From assembly GCA_031372985.1 (NCBI GenBank), contig JANMMF010000069.1:1-53108 (forward strand): a stretch of DNA of 53,108 nucleotides. The letters run 5' to 3'. Source of the DNA: Gemmatimonadota bacterium. GTDB lineage: Bacteria; Gemmatimonadota; Gemmatimonadetes; Gemmatimonadales; Gemmatimonadaceae. Below the pieces are notes generated by a model. It did not search any database. It saw only the letters and a program-made list of their open reading frames with translations, and was not told the origin of the DNA. The stretch's first letter is position 1, and every line of letters starts with the position of its first letter. A program made the translations under genes and the position numbers. Shown one piece after another: positions 11,554-22,300 of the stretch.

Positions 11554-12374
11554 CCAAACCGTCCTGTGATGTACGCCTCGGTCCGCGAATCCCTGGGCGC
11601 GGTGAACAGCTCGTTGGTGGGCGCAAACTCGATCAGCTCACCCGCGAGCAGGAAGGCGGTGCGGTCGGATACTCTCGCCGCCTGCTGCATGTTATGGGTG
11701 ACGATCACCACCGTCATGGTTTCCCGTAGCTGATACACCAGCTCCTCGACTTTCTGGGTGCTGAGCGGATCGAGTGAGGCGGTCGGTTCGTCGAGCAGCA
11801 GCACGCGCGGACGGGTCGCCAGTGCCCGGGCGATGCAGAGTCGCTGCTGCTGGCCGCCGGAGATTCCCATCGCGGTCTCATTCAGTCGATCCTTCACCTC
11901 CTCCCAGAGTCCGGCGCGGTGCAATGCTTCTTCTACGATTTCATCCTCCGCCTGATTTGCCAGCCGCTGTTTGGAGTCGACGCGGAGGCCGGCGGCGACA
12001 TTCGCCTTGATCGACATCGTTGGAAACGGCGTCGGACGCTGGAAAACCATACCGACGTGCCGGCGCACGGCAGTGGGGTTCGTTCCTTCACCGTAAATCG
12101 GCGTTCCAAGGATTTCGACCATGCCGTCGACACGCGCGTTCGGCACTGTCTCGTGCATCCGGTTCAGGCAACGGAGGATCGTCGATTTCCCGCATCCGGA
12201 TGGGCCGATGATCGCAGTCACCGCCAGCTGCGGAATTGCGACCGAGACATCCTTTACTGCCGCCCTGTCCCCGAAGAACGCGGAGAGGTGATTCGTGATG
12301 ATGCACGGCTTCTCTGGCCCCGTGGACTCACGGGTGTCCGCCACTGTTGGCCGGGGCGCCGTTATGTGAGGCAT
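11550..12374 (-). CDS. pstB: Phosphate ABC transporter ATPase PstB (proximal copy; the ORF track extends it to 12413)
   Basis: [17 protein letters not shown] and [13 protein letters not shown] at 12374 chosen because it avoids overlap with pstA. Confidence 0.95.
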   Translation of the reverse strand: MPHITAPRPTVADTRESTGPEKPCIITNHLSAFFGDRAAVKDVSVAIPQLAVTAIIGPSGCGKSTILRCLNRMHETVPNARVDGMVEILGTPIYGEGTNPTAVRRHVGMVFQRPTPFPTMSIKANVAAGLRVDSKQRLANQAEDEIVEEALHRAGLWEEVKDRLNETAMGISGGQQQRLCIARALATRPRVLLLDEPTASLDPLSTQKVEELVYQLRETMTVVIVTHNMQQAARVSDRTAFLLAGELIEFAPTNELFTAPRDSRTEAYITGRFG

Positions 12375-12396
12375 CACGCGCGGCCCCCGCGCGACG

Positions 12397-13245
12397 TCAG
12401 TCGACTGGAGCACCGAATCTGGACCGGGTAACGAAGCGAGCGGCGAGGCTGATCACCAGAACTATCGTGATCAGAACGAGCGCGCCTGCCCATGCCTGTG
12501 CGTGCCATTCGTCGTAGGGGCTGATGGCGTAGGTGAAGATCTGAAGCGGGAGAGCAGCGATCGGCTCCCGCAGCGCTGTGGACCAGAACTGATTGCCGAA
12601 GGCGGTGAAGAGAAGCGGCGCCGTCTCGCCTGCGATTCTTGCCACGGCGACCAGAGCACCGGTGGCGATGCCGGCAAGCGCCGTGCGAAGAATGATCGAA
12701 ATCGACGTTCGCCACCTCGGATATCCAAGGGCCAGTGCCGCTTCGCGCAGAGACACGGGAACGACGCGTAGCATCTCTTCGCTGGTGCGCGTGACGAGCG
12801 GAATCATCATCGCCCCAAGCGCCGCCCCGCCCGCGAGAGCCGAAAAGTGTCCAGCAGGGCGTACGAGAAACTCCCAGGCGAAAATGCCCATCACTATGGA
12901 GGGCAGGCCGTTCAGAACGTCGGCGAGGAATCTGACCGAATGCGCGATTGGCGTCGTCCGCTTCTCGGCGAGGTAGATACCGGCGCCGATGCCAATCGGC
13001 AAACCGATCACGCAGGCAATGCCAATCAAAGTCAGGGTGCCGACGATCGCGTTCGCCATGCCGCCGCCCGCCTCGCCAACCGGCTGGGGCATGTTGGTAA
13101 AGAATGCGAGTGATAGCGAAGAGGCGCCTTTCTTGAGCAGATGCCAGAGAATGAGCAGCAACGGCAGTGTGGCAAGCAAGGCCGCGAGAAAGGTAGTTCC
13201 GATCATCGCACCGCTGACCCAGTGACGTCCGCGCAGTGTCTTCAC
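12397..13245 (-). CDS. pstA: Phosphate ABC transporter permease PstA
   Basis: GGMANAIVGT, REAALALG and ARIAGETAPLLFT. Confidence 0.97.
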   Translation of the reverse strand: MKTLRGRHWVSGAMIGTTFLAALLATLPLLLILWHLLKKGASSLSLAFFTNMPQPVGEAGGGMANAIVGTLTLIGIACVIGLPIGIGAGIYLAEKRTTPIAHSVRFLADVLNGLPSIVMGIFAWEFLVRPAGHFSALAGGAALGAMMIPLVTRTSEEMLRVVPVSLREAALALGYPRWRTSISIILRTALAGIATGALVAVARIAGETAPLLFTAFGNQFWSTALREPIAALPLQIFTYAISPYDEWHAQAWAGALVLITIVLVISLAARFVTRSRFGAPVD

Positions 13246-14216
13246 GACGCCCGGCCCCGCGAGACCTGCCAGACGAGCCAGCGCGCTCCGGCGTTGACGA
13301 TGAGCGTGATGATGAACAGGATCGCTCCCACCGCCATGAGGGCCGAGAGATGGAGATCGTTCGTGGCCTCGCTGAACTCATTGGCGATGAGCGACGCCAT
13401 GGTGTAGCCCGGGGCGAACAGCGATGCCGAGATCTCCGGGCGGTTTCCGATAACCATCGTCACGGCCATCGTCTCGCCGAGCGCCCTTCCCAAGCCGAGC
13501 ATGATACCGCCGATGATGCCCGACTTGGCGTATGGAATGACCGCATCGCGAATCATCTCCCAGCGTGTCGCTCCCAACGCCAGAGCCGCCTCCCGCTGCG
13601 ACCGCGGCACCGCCATCAGCACCTCCCGGGAGACTGCGGAGATGTACGGCAGGGCCATGATTGCGAGAACGACACCGGCCGCCAGCATGCTCGGTCCGTA
13701 CGCGGGGCCGGAGAAAAAGGGTGTCGATCCCAGATGCAGCCGGTCGCGGAGGAACGGCATCACGCTCTCGCGCAGCATCGGCAACAGCACGAAGATCCCC
13801 CAAAGTCCGTAGACAACGCTGGGCACCGCGGCGAGCAGATCGACCAGAAACCCGATGGGCTGGCGCAGCCATAGCGGAGAGAACTCGGAGAGAAAAATCG
13901 CGACACCGATCGCCAGTGGAGTGGCGATGATGAGCGCGACCGCGGAAGACACGATGGTGCCGTAGATCGCCGGCGCGGCGCCGAACTTTCCGGCACCCAC
14001 ATCCCATTCGCTCGAGGTGACGATCGAGAGCCCGAGCTTGGCGAACGCCGGCCACGCCGCAGCGAAAATGGCAATTGCGATCGCGATCACGAGTGCGGGA
14101 ACCACCAGCGCGCACGCCGTCGTAGCTATCTCGTAAATCCGGTCTCCGATCGCCGCGTCGTGGATCCGAAGACGACGGCGATCCTTTTGCTGCGCGTCCG
14201 CCGAGACCGCGGTCAC
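13242..14216 (-). CDS. pstC: Phosphate ABC transporter permease PstC
   Basis: AAVPSVVYGLWG, REAALALGATRWE and LGRALGETMAV. Confidence 0.97.
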   Translation of the reverse strand: MTAVSADAQQKDRRRLRIHDAAIGDRIYEIATTACALVVPALVIAIAIAIFAAAWPAFAKLGLSIVTSSEWDVGAGKFGAAPAIYGTIVSSAVALIIATPLAIGVAIFLSEFSPLWLRQPIGFLVDLLAAVPSVVYGLWGIFVLLPMLRESVMPFLRDRLHLGSTPFFSGPAYGPSMLAAGVVLAIMALPYISAVSREVLMAVPRSQREAALALGATRWEMIRDAVIPYAKSGIIGGIMLGLGRALGETMAVTMVIGNRPEISASLFAPGYTMASLIANEFSEATNDLHLSALMAVGAILFIITLIVNAGARWLVWQVSRGRAS

Positions 14217-15289
14217 TTCGTGCCGGTGAGATCGATGGTTTTCAGTCTGGCCAGGACGTTGGATGCCATGTCACTGGGCAACGGCGCGTAGTCGAGCGAC
14301 GACGCTTCCTTCTCGCCCTCTGTCAGAGCCCAGTTGAGGAAGTCGACGAGCTTCTTGCCTTTGACTGGGTCCTTCTGTTTCTGATAGACCAGAATCCAGG
14401 TGAACGACGAGATCGGATATGAATCCGCGCCCGGCGCGTCGACGATGGAGACTCGGAAGTCGGTGCTCGCCGGCAGACCCTTTGCGGCGCCGGCAGCAGC
14501 GGCGGTGACTGCGGGAACCGAGGCCACGATGAACTGACCCGCTTTGTTCCGGATTGCGGCCACCGGCATCTGGTTCTGCTTCGCGTAGGCGAGCTCAACG
14601 TAACCGATCGAGCCGGGCGTCTGCTTCACCTGACCGGCAACGGCCTCATTGCCCTTGGCCCCAAGCCCAACCGGCCATTTCACCTCTTTTCCCTTACCAA
14701 CGCTGGCCTTCCAGGCGGGAACCGCGGTCGTCAGGTAGTCGGTGAAGACGTAAGTCGTGCCGCTCCCGTCCGAACGGTGGACCACCAGAATATCGGAATT
14801 GGGGAGCACCACCCCCGGATTCAGAGAAGTGATGCGTGTGTCATTCCACTTGGTGATCCGGCCCGAGAAAATGTCGGCTATGACCTGCGGCGTCAGCTTC
14901 AGCGGCGTGTTCACGCCGGGAAGGTTGTAAGTGATGACAACGGCGCCCAGTACTGTCGGAAGGTGCAGGATGGGGCCGCCCTTCGCCTTGGCCAACTCTT
15001 CATCGGACATCGGACTGTCCGAAGCGCCGAAGTCCACCGTCTCCTCAGAGAGCTGTCTGATGCCGCCGCCGGAGCCGATTGACTGGTAGTTGATCTTGAC
15101 ACCGGTGGTGTTCGCGTACGTCGAGAACCACTTCGAGTAGAGTGGGTATGGAAATGTCGCTCCCGCTCCGGTGAGATCGACGGACTGGCTGGATGTGGTG
15201 GTCGAGGAAGCAGTACCGGAGTTGCTGCTACCGTCTTTGGAGCATGCGACGGCGCACGCGAGGAGTGCGGCAGCCTTTAAGACTTTCAC
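14213..15289 (-). CDS. pstS: Phosphate ABC transporter substrate-binding lipoprotein PstS
   Basis: Lipobox AVAC, GAGATFPYPLY, YQSIGSGGGI and HRSDGSGTT. SD AAGGAG upstream. Confidence 0.98.
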   Translation of the reverse strand: MKVLKAAALLACAVACSKDGSSNSGTASSTTTSSQSVDLTGAGATFPYPLYSKWFSTYANTTGVKINYQSIGSGGGIRQLSEETVDFGASDSPMSDEELAKAKGGPILHLPTVLGAVVITYNLPGVNTPLKLTPQVIADIFSGRITKWNDTRITSLNPGVVLPNSDILVVHRSDGSGTTYVFTDYLTTAVPAWKASVGKGKEVKWPVGLGAKGNEAVAGQVKQTPGSIGYVELAYAKQNQMPVAAIRNKAGQFIVASVPAVTAAAAGAAKGLPASTDFRVSIVDAPGADSYPISSFTWILVYQKQKDPVKGKKLVDFLNWALTEGEKEASSLDYAPLPSDMASNVLARLKTIDLTGTK

Positions 15290-15376
15290 TGAAAAGCTCC
15301 TTGGTTTACAGGTCGTCTGACTGCTTTTCTATGCGATAAAAGGTAAGGCGCCCCCGACGGGTGATCACCGACGCCA

Positions 15377-15394
15377 CGTAACGACATCGTCACA
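15377..15394 (-). promoter_or_regulatory. Candidate PhoB-type direct-repeat site upstream of pstS
   Basis: Plus strand CGTAAC (15377) and CGTCAC (15388) are 11 bp apart, like PHO-box half-site periodicity. Confidence 0.4.
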
Positions 15395-15432
15395 ACCGCC
15401 GCGGGCTTTTTTCAAACCTGTGAATCGACCCG

Positions 15433-16596
15433 CTAGTAGTTCGCGACGAGGTGGAGGAAATAGGTCTTGGTCGTCGCAACCCCCGGGGCGGAATGTGGCG
15501 TCTGCTCCTGATAGTCGAGCGCCAGCGCCGTCTTCTTGGTAAGGTCCCAGGTCAGGCCACCAATCACGGTGTTGATGTATCCGGGCAGAGCCGTATTGGG
15601 CTTGAACCGGTCCCACCGCGCAATCACCCCCAGCGGGAAGGTTGACTTGTCGTTCAACAGCTGAAACGGCTTGGCGGTGACGAAGCCGGCGATGAGCCGG
15701 CCACTGGTGTCAATTTCAACGCGCGGCGATAGAACCGTGTTAGCTCCAGTCTCCCTCGCATCTTTCCGCGTATCCCACTCGGCTCCGAGTGAGAGCCGTG
15801 GGTCACGCACGCCCACGAACACCCCGGATCTGGTGCGCGGCATGGACTCGCCTATCGGTCCGAATTGGCCCACTCCGCCGGCTGCGAACTGACTACCAAT
15901 CGCGCCCACGTAGGTCCAACCCGTCAGCGCAAAGGTCTTGACGATCTTGTTGTTGGAGCCCGAGAAGGGTGTAAGCGTCAGACGCGCTGCGTAGTCCTTG
16001 AATCGATCGGTCTCCCGCGATGTATAGCCCGGCCCGTTCACGATCGTCGTGTAGAGCTCACCGAACTTGTTCGGGAAGGTCAGAAGGTTTGCGACACCCG
16101 CATCCGATGACGAGAAAGCGCCGGAGCGCTCGATTGGTGACTGGGAGATCCAGCGTGGCCAGAATGTTTCGACGTGATCGATCACGACGTTGTGGAGCAT
16201 TCCGCCGCGGGCGAGGGCGTTCCAACCCGTTGTGCTCTTGAGATAGTCGTATTGCAGGTATGCGTACTTGGCGCGAATCACCCATCCCCTGTAGAACGCG
16301 TCGTTCGGAGTTGTGGTCTGCTGGAACACATCCGCTGTCAGGCGGATGCTGGCCCGGTCTCCGGCCGGCAACCTGAAAGTGAAGTAAGCCCGCTCGAGAT
16401 CGAACTTATTGGTCGATTTCGCGGCGCCGGCATCTCCGCGGTATTGGAAATTGGCGTAAAGCACTCCCGAGAAGTCGACGGGAATGGATACGCTCGCTGG
16501 CGCCGGCTTCGTCGTATCGGCTGGCTGCTGGGCGTGAAATATGACAGGCGCCAATAGACCAACGGCCGCAGCTATGGTGCGAACGGTTTTGATCAC
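15433..16596 (-). CDS. Outer-membrane beta-barrel porin, probably phosphate-related
   Basis: Signal peptide, amphipathic strands (FDLERAYFTF, IRAKYAYLQY) and C-terminal aromatic (HLVANY). Sits between phoR and pstS. Confidence 0.75.
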   Translation of the reverse strand: MIKTVRTIAAAVGLLAPVIFHAQQPADTTKPAPASVSIPVDFSGVLYANFQYRGDAGAAKSTNKFDLERAYFTFRLPAGDRASIRLTADVFQQTTTPNDAFYRGWVIRAKYAYLQYDYLKSTTGWNALARGGMLHNVVIDHVETFWPRWISQSPIERSGAFSSSDAGVANLLTFPNKFGELYTTIVNGPGYTSRETDRFKDYAARLTLTPFSGSNNKIVKTFALTGWTYVGAIGSQFAAGGVGQFGPIGESMPRTRSGVFVGVRDPRLSLGAEWDTRKDARETGANTVLSPRVEIDTSGRLIAGFVTAKPFQLLNDKSTFPLGVIARWDRFKPNTALPGYINTVIGGLTWDLTKKTALALDYQEQTPHSAPGVATTKTYFLHLVANY

Positions 16597-16643
16597 TAAG
16601 GACTCCGTGAGAGGTAGTTGTCGCGGTTGAAGCTCACCCTACT

Positions 16644-16683
16644 ATGTCACGGACTGTCACATCGAACGTAAAGGATGTGTCAC
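16644..16683 (-). promoter_or_regulatory. Candidate PhoB-type repeat array upstream of the porin
   Basis: TGTCAC at 16645, 16655 and 16678, with CGTAAA at 16667. Resembles the CTGTCA(T/C) PHO half-site at 10-12 bp spacing. Confidence 0.5.
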
Positions 16684-18401
16684 GAAAGAGGGGCGATCTT
16701 CATGGTCGGAAAGAAGATTCTGATCGTGGTGCCGGCTCCCACGATGCTTTGAGCGCGCACCGACCCGTCATGCGCTTCAACGAGGTGCTTCACGATCGCG
16801 AGGCCGAGACCGGTGCCGCCGGACTCGCGCGACCTGCCGCTGTCGGCGCGGTAGAAGCGCTCGAAGATCCTCGGCAGATGCTCCGGCGGAATTCCGGTGC
16901 CAGTGTCTTTCACGATCAGGTAGGCTCCGCTTTCTGTGGCTACCTGATCGATGGTTACGCTTCCCCCCTCTGGAGTGTGACGAAGTGCGTTCTCCACCAG
17001 GTTCAGGAGGATCTGCTCGAGAGCGGTTCGATCCGCGTAAACCACATCGGCGGCGGGGTTGATGGCGCTATTGAGACCGACTCCCTTTGATTTGGCGCTC
17101 GCTCCAACGCGGGCGAACACCTCGCTGGCGACCTCGGCAACCCGGACCGGCTCGGGCCTCGGCGTCCAGTGACCCGACTCGATTCGGGAAAGGTCGAGTA
17201 GCTCGTCAACGATCCGCTGCATGCGCTGAGTGTTGCTGAAGATCGTCTTGGCAAACTCCGCCCGCTTGTCCGCCGGCACACTCGGGTCCTGAAGCGTTTC
17301 GGCGAAGCCGCCAATGATCGTGAGCGGAGTGCGCAGCTCGTGGGAGACGTTGGCGACGAAATCCCGGCGGACCGCTTCGAGCTTCCGGATGGGAGTCAAG
17401 TCGAACAGCGCGACGACCGCGCCACCGTTGACGAGTGGGCTCGCGGTTAGCGACAGAGTGTTGTCGTCGATTACAACCTCTTCCGGCTCCGTCTCCGTGC
17501 CCTTCAACGCCCGTGAGATCGCGCTCCGAAGCGTTGCTTCGCGGGGAAGGAAATCCATCCCGAACGGAACGGTCCGGTCGATCGAGAGCAGGCGGCGTCC
17601 CGTATCATTGATTCGGACGACTTCGTGTTCGGGAGAGATCGCCACCACTCCTTCATTGAGCGTCTCCACCAGCGCCGACAGTATCGACTGTTCCGCCACC
17701 AGCGCGGATAGCCGTGTCTCCAGCTGCTCTGAAAGCCGGTAGATCGCGTCCGCGAGGTCTCCCACCTCGCCTGGCGCCGCAAGCGGGGGATAGCGCAGGC
17801 GCTCGCCCGCGGCAAGAGATCGCGCGACATCTCTCAGCTCGGTGATCGGCCTCGAGACTGCGCGAGAGAAGAGCACCGCCAGCACCCCTGCCAGCAGAAC
17901 GGAAATAAGGCCGGCGGCAATGACTCCGCTGCGCGCTCGCGCGAAGATCTCTTCGATCGCTCTGGTCGTCACCGAGACCCGTGCAAAACCGTTCGGGGCT
18001 TTGACCGCGACGTACAGCTGGGACTCGCCGGTTGACGGACTGACGCGCCGTGCCGAACCGACCCCGCTCTGTCGCGCCTCGACTATCTCGGGGCGAGTGC
18101 TGTGATTCTCCAGACTCTGAAGCGCCGGCCCGTCGAATTCGGAATCACCGACGACGCGACCCGTCGAGTCGATGAGAGTGATGCGGTGCCCGGTCGCGAC
18201 TCCGGCTTCATCGGCGAGGAGATCCGGGTCTACTCCTGACTTCCACTGCGCGGCCAGCAGCCTCGCCTCACCGGCAAGGTCGCGGGTCGCCTGATCCGTA
18301 ATTCCCGCGTGGATCTGATTGTCGATGATGACTACGACGGACACGACCATGACCGCAACGATCGCGAGCGACTGGAGCAGCAGCCGGTGGGCGAGCCTCA
18401 C
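16680..18401 (-). CDS. phoR: Phosphate regulon sensor histidine kinase PhoR (TM-sensor-HAMP-PAS-HisKA-HATPase)
   Basis: RRDFVANVSHELRTPLT, NLVENA, FERFYRAD and GTGLGLAIVKH. ENHSTRPEI periplasmic motif. Confidence 0.93.
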   Translation of the reverse strand: MRLAHRLLLQSLAIVAVMVVSVVVIIDNQIHAGITDQATRDLAGEARLLAAQWKSGVDPDLLADEAGVATGHRITLIDSTGRVVGDSEFDGPALQSLENHSTRPEIVEARQSGVGSARRVSPSTGESQLYVAVKAPNGFARVSVTTRAIEEIFARARSGVIAAGLISVLLAGVLAVLFSRAVSRPITELRDVARSLAAGERLRYPPLAAPGEVGDLADAIYRLSEQLETRLSALVAEQSILSALVETLNEGVVAISPEHEVVRINDTGRRLLSIDRTVPFGMDFLPREATLRSAISRALKGTETEPEEVVIDDNTLSLTASPLVNGGAVVALFDLTPIRKLEAVRRDFVANVSHELRTPLTIIGGFAETLQDPSVPADKRAEFAKTIFSNTQRMQRIVDELLDLSRIESGHWTPRPEPVRVAEVASEVFARVGASAKSKGVGLNSAINPAADVVYADRTALEQILLNLVENALRHTPEGGSVTIDQVATESGAYLIVKDTGTGIPPEHLPRIFERFYRADSGRSRESGGTGLGLAIVKHLVEAHDGSVRAQSIVGAGTTIRIFFPTMKIAPLS

Positions 18402-19165
18402 GATCGTTCGTTGACGTTTCGAATGCGGTAGCCGAATCCACGAACTGTCTCGATGAGGTCACCGGCCTCGCCCAGCTTCGCCCTCAATCGCTGCACGTGC
18501 ATGTCGACGGTCCGCGTCTGGATGTCGGGTGCCGCCTCCCACACCATCTCGAGAAGGAGGTTTCGAGGCTGCACGCGCCCTCGCCGCTCTACGAGCAGAA
18601 GCAGGAGCTTGAACTCCGTTGGCGTGAGGTCGATTTCGCGGCCCTCTACTGTCACCCGGTGCGCGGTGCTGTCTATTCGCAGCGGTCCGATCTGCCTGAC
18701 GTCCTCAGACTCCTCTCGCCCCGCCTTCACGCGTCGCAGAATCGCGCCGACTCGCAATACCAGTTCCTGCGGGCTGAAGGGCTTCGTCAGGTAGTCGTCA
18801 GCACCCAGGGTGAGGCCTCTGATACGATCGCTTTCCTCACGCCGGGCGGTCAGCATCAGCACGGCGATGCCGGAGGTCGCGCTGTCGCCGCGCAGCTCTT
18901 CCATGACCTCAAGGCCGGAAAGACCGGGAAGCATCAGGTCGAGCACGATGATGGACGGCTTGTCGCGCCTCGCGACCGCGAGGCCTTCCGTGCCGCTCGT
19001 TGCCGTCGATACGGTGTAGCCGGATTTGGCGAGGTGATAGGCAACCAGCGCCACAATGTCAGGCTCATCATCCACCACGAGTACGCGCTCGGCTACAGCG
19101 CTCGTCTCATTCACGACTTGAAGTTGTTGGCTTCCTCCGCTTCGCGTCAACCGCCGAAGCGTCAC
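18398..19165 (-). CDS. phoB: OmpR-family response regulator PhoB (true start may lie downstream)
   Basis: VVDDE, LDLMLPG, GADDYLTKPF, TRTVDMHVQRLR and ETVRGFGY. Overlaps phoR next to pst. Confidence 0.92.
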   Translation of the reverse strand: MTLRRLTRSGGSQQLQVVNETSAVAERVLVVDDEPDIVALVAYHLAKSGYTVSTATSGTEGLAVARRDKPSIIVLDLMLPGLSGLEVMEELRGDSATSGIAVLMLTARREESDRIRGLTLGADDYLTKPFSPQELVLRVGAILRRVKAGREESEDVRQIGPLRIDSTAHRVTVEGREIDLTPTEFKLLLLLVERRGRVQPRNLLLEMVWEAAPDIQTRTVDMHVQRLRAKLGEAGDLIETVRGFGYRIRNVNERS

Positions 19166-19333
19166 GACTGCCTGACGGAGTTACCGCATCCGAACCGATT
19201 GTAGCCGCTAGGAACGAAGCCACCTTCTGATCCGACTGCGTCGCGGGGTTCACACGCCCTGCGCGACTCTCGCCCATTGAGCCAGGCCGCTAGTTTTGTG
19301 TGATCTAGCGACCCGAGTCAAAGGCATTTTCCA

Positions 19334-22300
19334 ATGGGAATGAGAAATCTCGTGCTGGTTTGGTTGGCGACATCGTTGTTGGCCTGTGCGCCCGCGCAGC
19401 TCCCGCGATCGACTGAGCCAGTCGACCTGGTGATCGCCACCACGACCGACGTGCACGGACGCCTGCGGGCCTGGGACTACTATGCAAACCGGGCGGAAGA
19501 GGTGCGCGGACTGTCCAGGGCAGCAACCATCGTCGATTCGGTGCGCGCGGCGAACCCTGGCCGCGTCGTACTGCTCGACGCGGGGGACCTGCTGCAGGGC
19601 AATCCGCTGGCGTATGTTGCTGCGCGGGTCTCCGACAACCGCACCAATCCGATCGTCGCCGCGATGAATGCGATGCGCTACGACGCCGCGGCAATTGGAA
19701 ATCATGAGTACAACTACGGGGTGTCGTACCTCGATAGTGCGGTGCGACAGGCCAGCTTTCCTTTTCTTTCGGCCAATACATACCGGATCGAGCCAGAAGG
19801 AGTTCACGCCTACCGGCCATGGACGATCGTCGAGCGCGCCGGTCTGAAGGTCGGGATCGTAGGCGCCACAACGCCTGGCGTAGCAGTGTGGGACGCCGAG
19901 AACATTCGAGGCAGGCTCAGGTTCGGTCCGATCGTTTTGGCAGTGCGCGAGGCGGTGCAGGAAGCACGACGCGCAGGCGCTGACATCATTCTCGTGACGG
20001 TTCATTCAGGACTCAACGAGCCGTCGAGCTACGACACCGTCACCACCGGCGTAACGGGCGAGAACGTGGCGGGCCGAATTGCCGCGGAAGTTCCGGGGGT
20101 CGACCTTGTGCTGTATGGACACTCCCACAAGGAGAACCGCGGCGCGACGTCAGGCGAGACGCTGCTGATCCAACCCAGGAACTGGGCGACGAGCGTTGGC
20201 GTTGCGCACCTGATCGCGTCGAGAACCAATGGCGCATGGAAGGTCAGTCAGAAACGGAGCGACCTGATTCAGGCTGCCGGGCATCCGGAGAACGCGGCTG
20301 TGCTCGCGGCGACGGATCTGGCGCACCGTGAGACCGTTGCTTACGTCACCACGCCGATCGGAACCACGCCAGAGCGTTGGAGCGCCGACTCCGCGCGTGT
20401 GAAGGACACACCGCTGATCGATTTCATCCTGGCGACCGAGCAGAAGGCGGCGGGCTCCGATCTCGCGTCGACCGCGGCGTTTTCCACCAATCTGGTGATG
20501 GGGCCGGGTCCGATCACGATTGCGCAGGTGGCGCAGCTCTATCCGTACGACAACACTCTGCGGGCGGTGCGCATCACGGGCAAGCAGCTGCGCGACTATC
20601 TCGAGTTCAGCAGCCGATACTATCGGACCCCGGCGTCCCCAACCGCGCCGCTGGAGACGGATCCGCGGATTCCGGGCTACAACTTCGATGTCGTCTCCGG
20701 GGTCGACTACGTGATCGATGTGTCGCGCCCAATCGGCTCGCGGATCACGCGGCTGGATTACAGGGGAGTGGCCGTGCAGGACGGCCACAGCTTCACCATG
20801 GCGCTCAACAACTATCGCCAGACCGGTGGCGGGGGGTACGCGATGTTGAGCGGCGCGCCCGTCGTTTACGACAAGCAGCAGGAGATTCGCCAGCTCCTGA
20901 TCGACGAGGTGAGGCGGCGCGGCGTTCTGCGGCAGGCAGATTACTTCACGCCCAACTGGAGCCTCTCGCGGGGCGCCGCAACGCCGGCACCGGCACCGGC
21001 TCCCATGCAGCCGGCATTCCCGACTGGAACCAGATTCCTGCGCATCATCGGCACCAACGACTTTCACGGGGCGCTGGAGCCGAGACCGGACGCAAACGGC
21101 GTTCGGCGCGGTGGTGCCGCGTACCTGGCGGCGGCGATCGATAGAGCGCGAAAGGAATGCGCTCCATCATGCGAAACATTGATCCTCGACGGGGGCGACA
21201 TGTTTCAGGGAACTCCCGCCTCCAACCTTTCCTACGGACGGCCCGTCGTCGATTACTACAATAGAATGGGCTACGCCGCAGCCGCACTCGGCAATCACGA
21301 ATTCGATTGGGGCGTCGACAGCCTCCGTGCTCGGATGCGCCAGGCAAGATTCGGAATCCTTGGCGCCAACGTTCGCTACACCGACGGCCGCGATGTCAAA
21401 TGGATAAGAAATGACACCATCGTCACGAGAGGCCGAACCAAGATCGGTATCGTCGGCGTCTCTACCGTCAACACTCCAACAACGACTCGTGCCGGCAATG
21501 TCGTGGGCCTGCGATTCGACGATCCAGCGCCAATCGTGGACAGCATCGGACGAGCGCTCCGCAACCGAGGCGCGGACTTCGTGGTGGTGATCGCGCACGC
21601 CGGCGCAACCTGCGGCAGGGATCCCGGGGCCAGCTGCAACGGAGAGATCATCGATCTGGCAAGAAAGATCACGACGAAGGTGGATGCGATCGTCAGTGGT
21701 CACAGCCACAGCCTCATCAACACTGTAGTGAACGGAATTCCGATCGTGCAGGCACGCTCCAGCGGCCGGGCGATCGATGTCCTCGATTTGCCACTCGGCA
21801 GCGCCGCGGGCGTAACACCCCGACACGAGGTTCGCGAGCTGGCTGTCGACACGATCAAGCCCATGGCGTCGATCGACTCGATCGTTCAGAGAGCGGTCGC
21901 TCGCGTCGCACCGCTCGTGAGTCGGCGTATCGCCACGATCCCGGCGACGCTCGCGCGTCAGGGCCCTCAATATCCGCTCGGCAATCTCATCGCCGATGCA
22001 CAGCGTTGGGCGGGGAAGGGCGACGTCGCAATCATGAACAACGGCGGAATCAGAACCGAGCTGCGCGCCGGCGACGCAACCTACGGATCATTGTTCGAGA
22101 TTCAGCCATTCGGCAACACCTTGTATTCTCTTACGATGACCGGGGCCCGGCTCCGGGGGTTACTCGAGGCCATGCTCAGCAAGTCGCCCGTCAACGATCA
22201 CGTCAGCGGCCTCACGATCAGCTTCGATCCGTCACGCCCCAGGGGATCGCGCATCGCCTCGGTGACGATGGCCGACAGCACCCCGTTGTCGGATGCCCGG

